Part shown: piece after piece, positions 63,171 to 64,000 of the stretch | How the letters are laid out: each line of letters begins with the position of its first letter | How positions within the stretch are numbered: position 1 is the stretch's first letter | DNA from: Octopus bimaculoides | Taxonomy: Eukaryota | DNA: 64,000 bases | Direction: 5' to 3' | NCBI RefSeq assembly: GCF_001194135.2 | Contig: NC_068981.1 | Coordinates: 128,951,554 to 129,015,553 of the forward strand | Program-made: the position numbers and the translations under genes | The notes under the pieces: model-generated | What the model was told of the DNA's origin: nothing | Database searches by the model: none | The model's input: the letters and a program-made list of their open reading frames with translations, nothing else

Positions 63171-63620
63171 CATCGACCGTGTCCGTGCGACATATACCCA
63201 CACATCGACCGTGTCCGTGCGACATATACCCACACATCGACCGTGTCCGTGCGACATATACCCACACATCGACCGTGTCCGTGCGACATATACCCACACA
63301 TCGACCGTGTCTGTGCGACATACAGCCACATATCGACCGTGCCCATGCGACATACAGCCACATATCGACAGTGTTCGTGCAACATATACCCACATATCGA
63401 CCGTGTCCATGTGACATATGCCCACATTAGGATCAGGTTTGTGCGACATATGCCCACATATCGACTGTGTGCACAGGACATATGCCCACAAATCAACCGT
63501 GTGCATGCGATATATACCCACATATCAACCATGTATATGTGATATATACCTACATATCAACCATGTTTATGCAATATATACATCATGTCTATGCGATATA
63601 TGCACACACGTCATGTCTAT
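63171..63620. repeat. 32-bp minisatellite (CATCGACCGTGTCCGTGCGACATATACCCACA) decaying rightwards
   Basis: Four near-identical units next to the gap, then progressively diverged units. Confidence 0.9.
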
Positions 63621-63763
63621 GCGATATATGCACACACGTCATGTCTATGCGATAAATTCATACACAAACCATGTCTATGCGATATATATATACATACATA
63701 TAAACTATATGCTTATATATAGATATATATATATATACACATACACACACAGTGTATGCTTAC

Positions 63764-63799
63764 ACACACCAACACATCCACATGTGAGAGACCAGAGAC
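63764..63799 (-). other. Candidate 36-nt exon
   Basis: Poly-T cctccgcag| acceptor and GT|gtaagc donor. Confidence 0.2.
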
Positions 63800-64000
63800 C
63801 TGCGGAGGAAAAAAAAAAAAAACTTGCATTTAAGCCAAATATTCGTTCTTCTTGTTCACGCTTCCGGTTTGAATAAAATCAAAAGATGACTGAGAAATTA
63901 AAACATTATTTAGTGGCAGAACCTGTAAATAACTGAAATTTACTAATCTTGCAGAAGGAAAGTAATATTTTATTGGCAAAAATCAAAATACAAAAATTTA

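Noticed and set aside
63171-63420. 32-bp repeats as a CRISPR array
   Set aside because: Head-to-tail units with no spacers, in a eukaryotic context, with no cas genes.
23507-63542. Long ORFs of 170-470 aa listed in the ORF track at 23.5, 26.4, 29.3, 54.8 and 62.1 kb
   Set aside because: They consist mostly of X residues read through N-gaps.

Overview
AT-rich, repeat-dense eukaryotic scaffold with ten N-gaps. Its RTE 3' ends with (GAT)n tails, tRNA-headed SINEs and microsatellite load look like an octopus (coleoid) genome; this is inference, not a database match. Two minus-strand protein-coding genes can be reconstructed from splice sites and reading phase. (1) A PH-domain adaptor (DOK/IRS-like): exon 1 is 27618-27692, exon 2 is 1654-1966, and it continues beyond the left edge. 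(2) A complete 4-exon, 1090-aa NKRF-like protein (47542 to 39036) with a low-complexity RGG-rich N-terminus, four dsRBD-like folds and an R3H-like end, but no recognisable G-patch or XTBD. The rest is mostly transposon debris: RTE, CR1/L2-type and R4-like LINEs, Penelope-like pieces, four mariner remnants, an internally deleted Gypsy element with a 5-bp TSD, and piggyBac-like and Merlin-like MITEs. The most notable observations are several minimal hammerhead-ribozyme motifs (one inside a 110-bp fold-back), a three-element cluster whose 8-bp TSDs are permuted as if two segments were inverted, and a long inverted duplication inside the NKRF-like intron. No CRISPR array, rRNA or genuine tRNA gene is supported. 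Coordinates were read by eye, so repeat boundaries are approximate.
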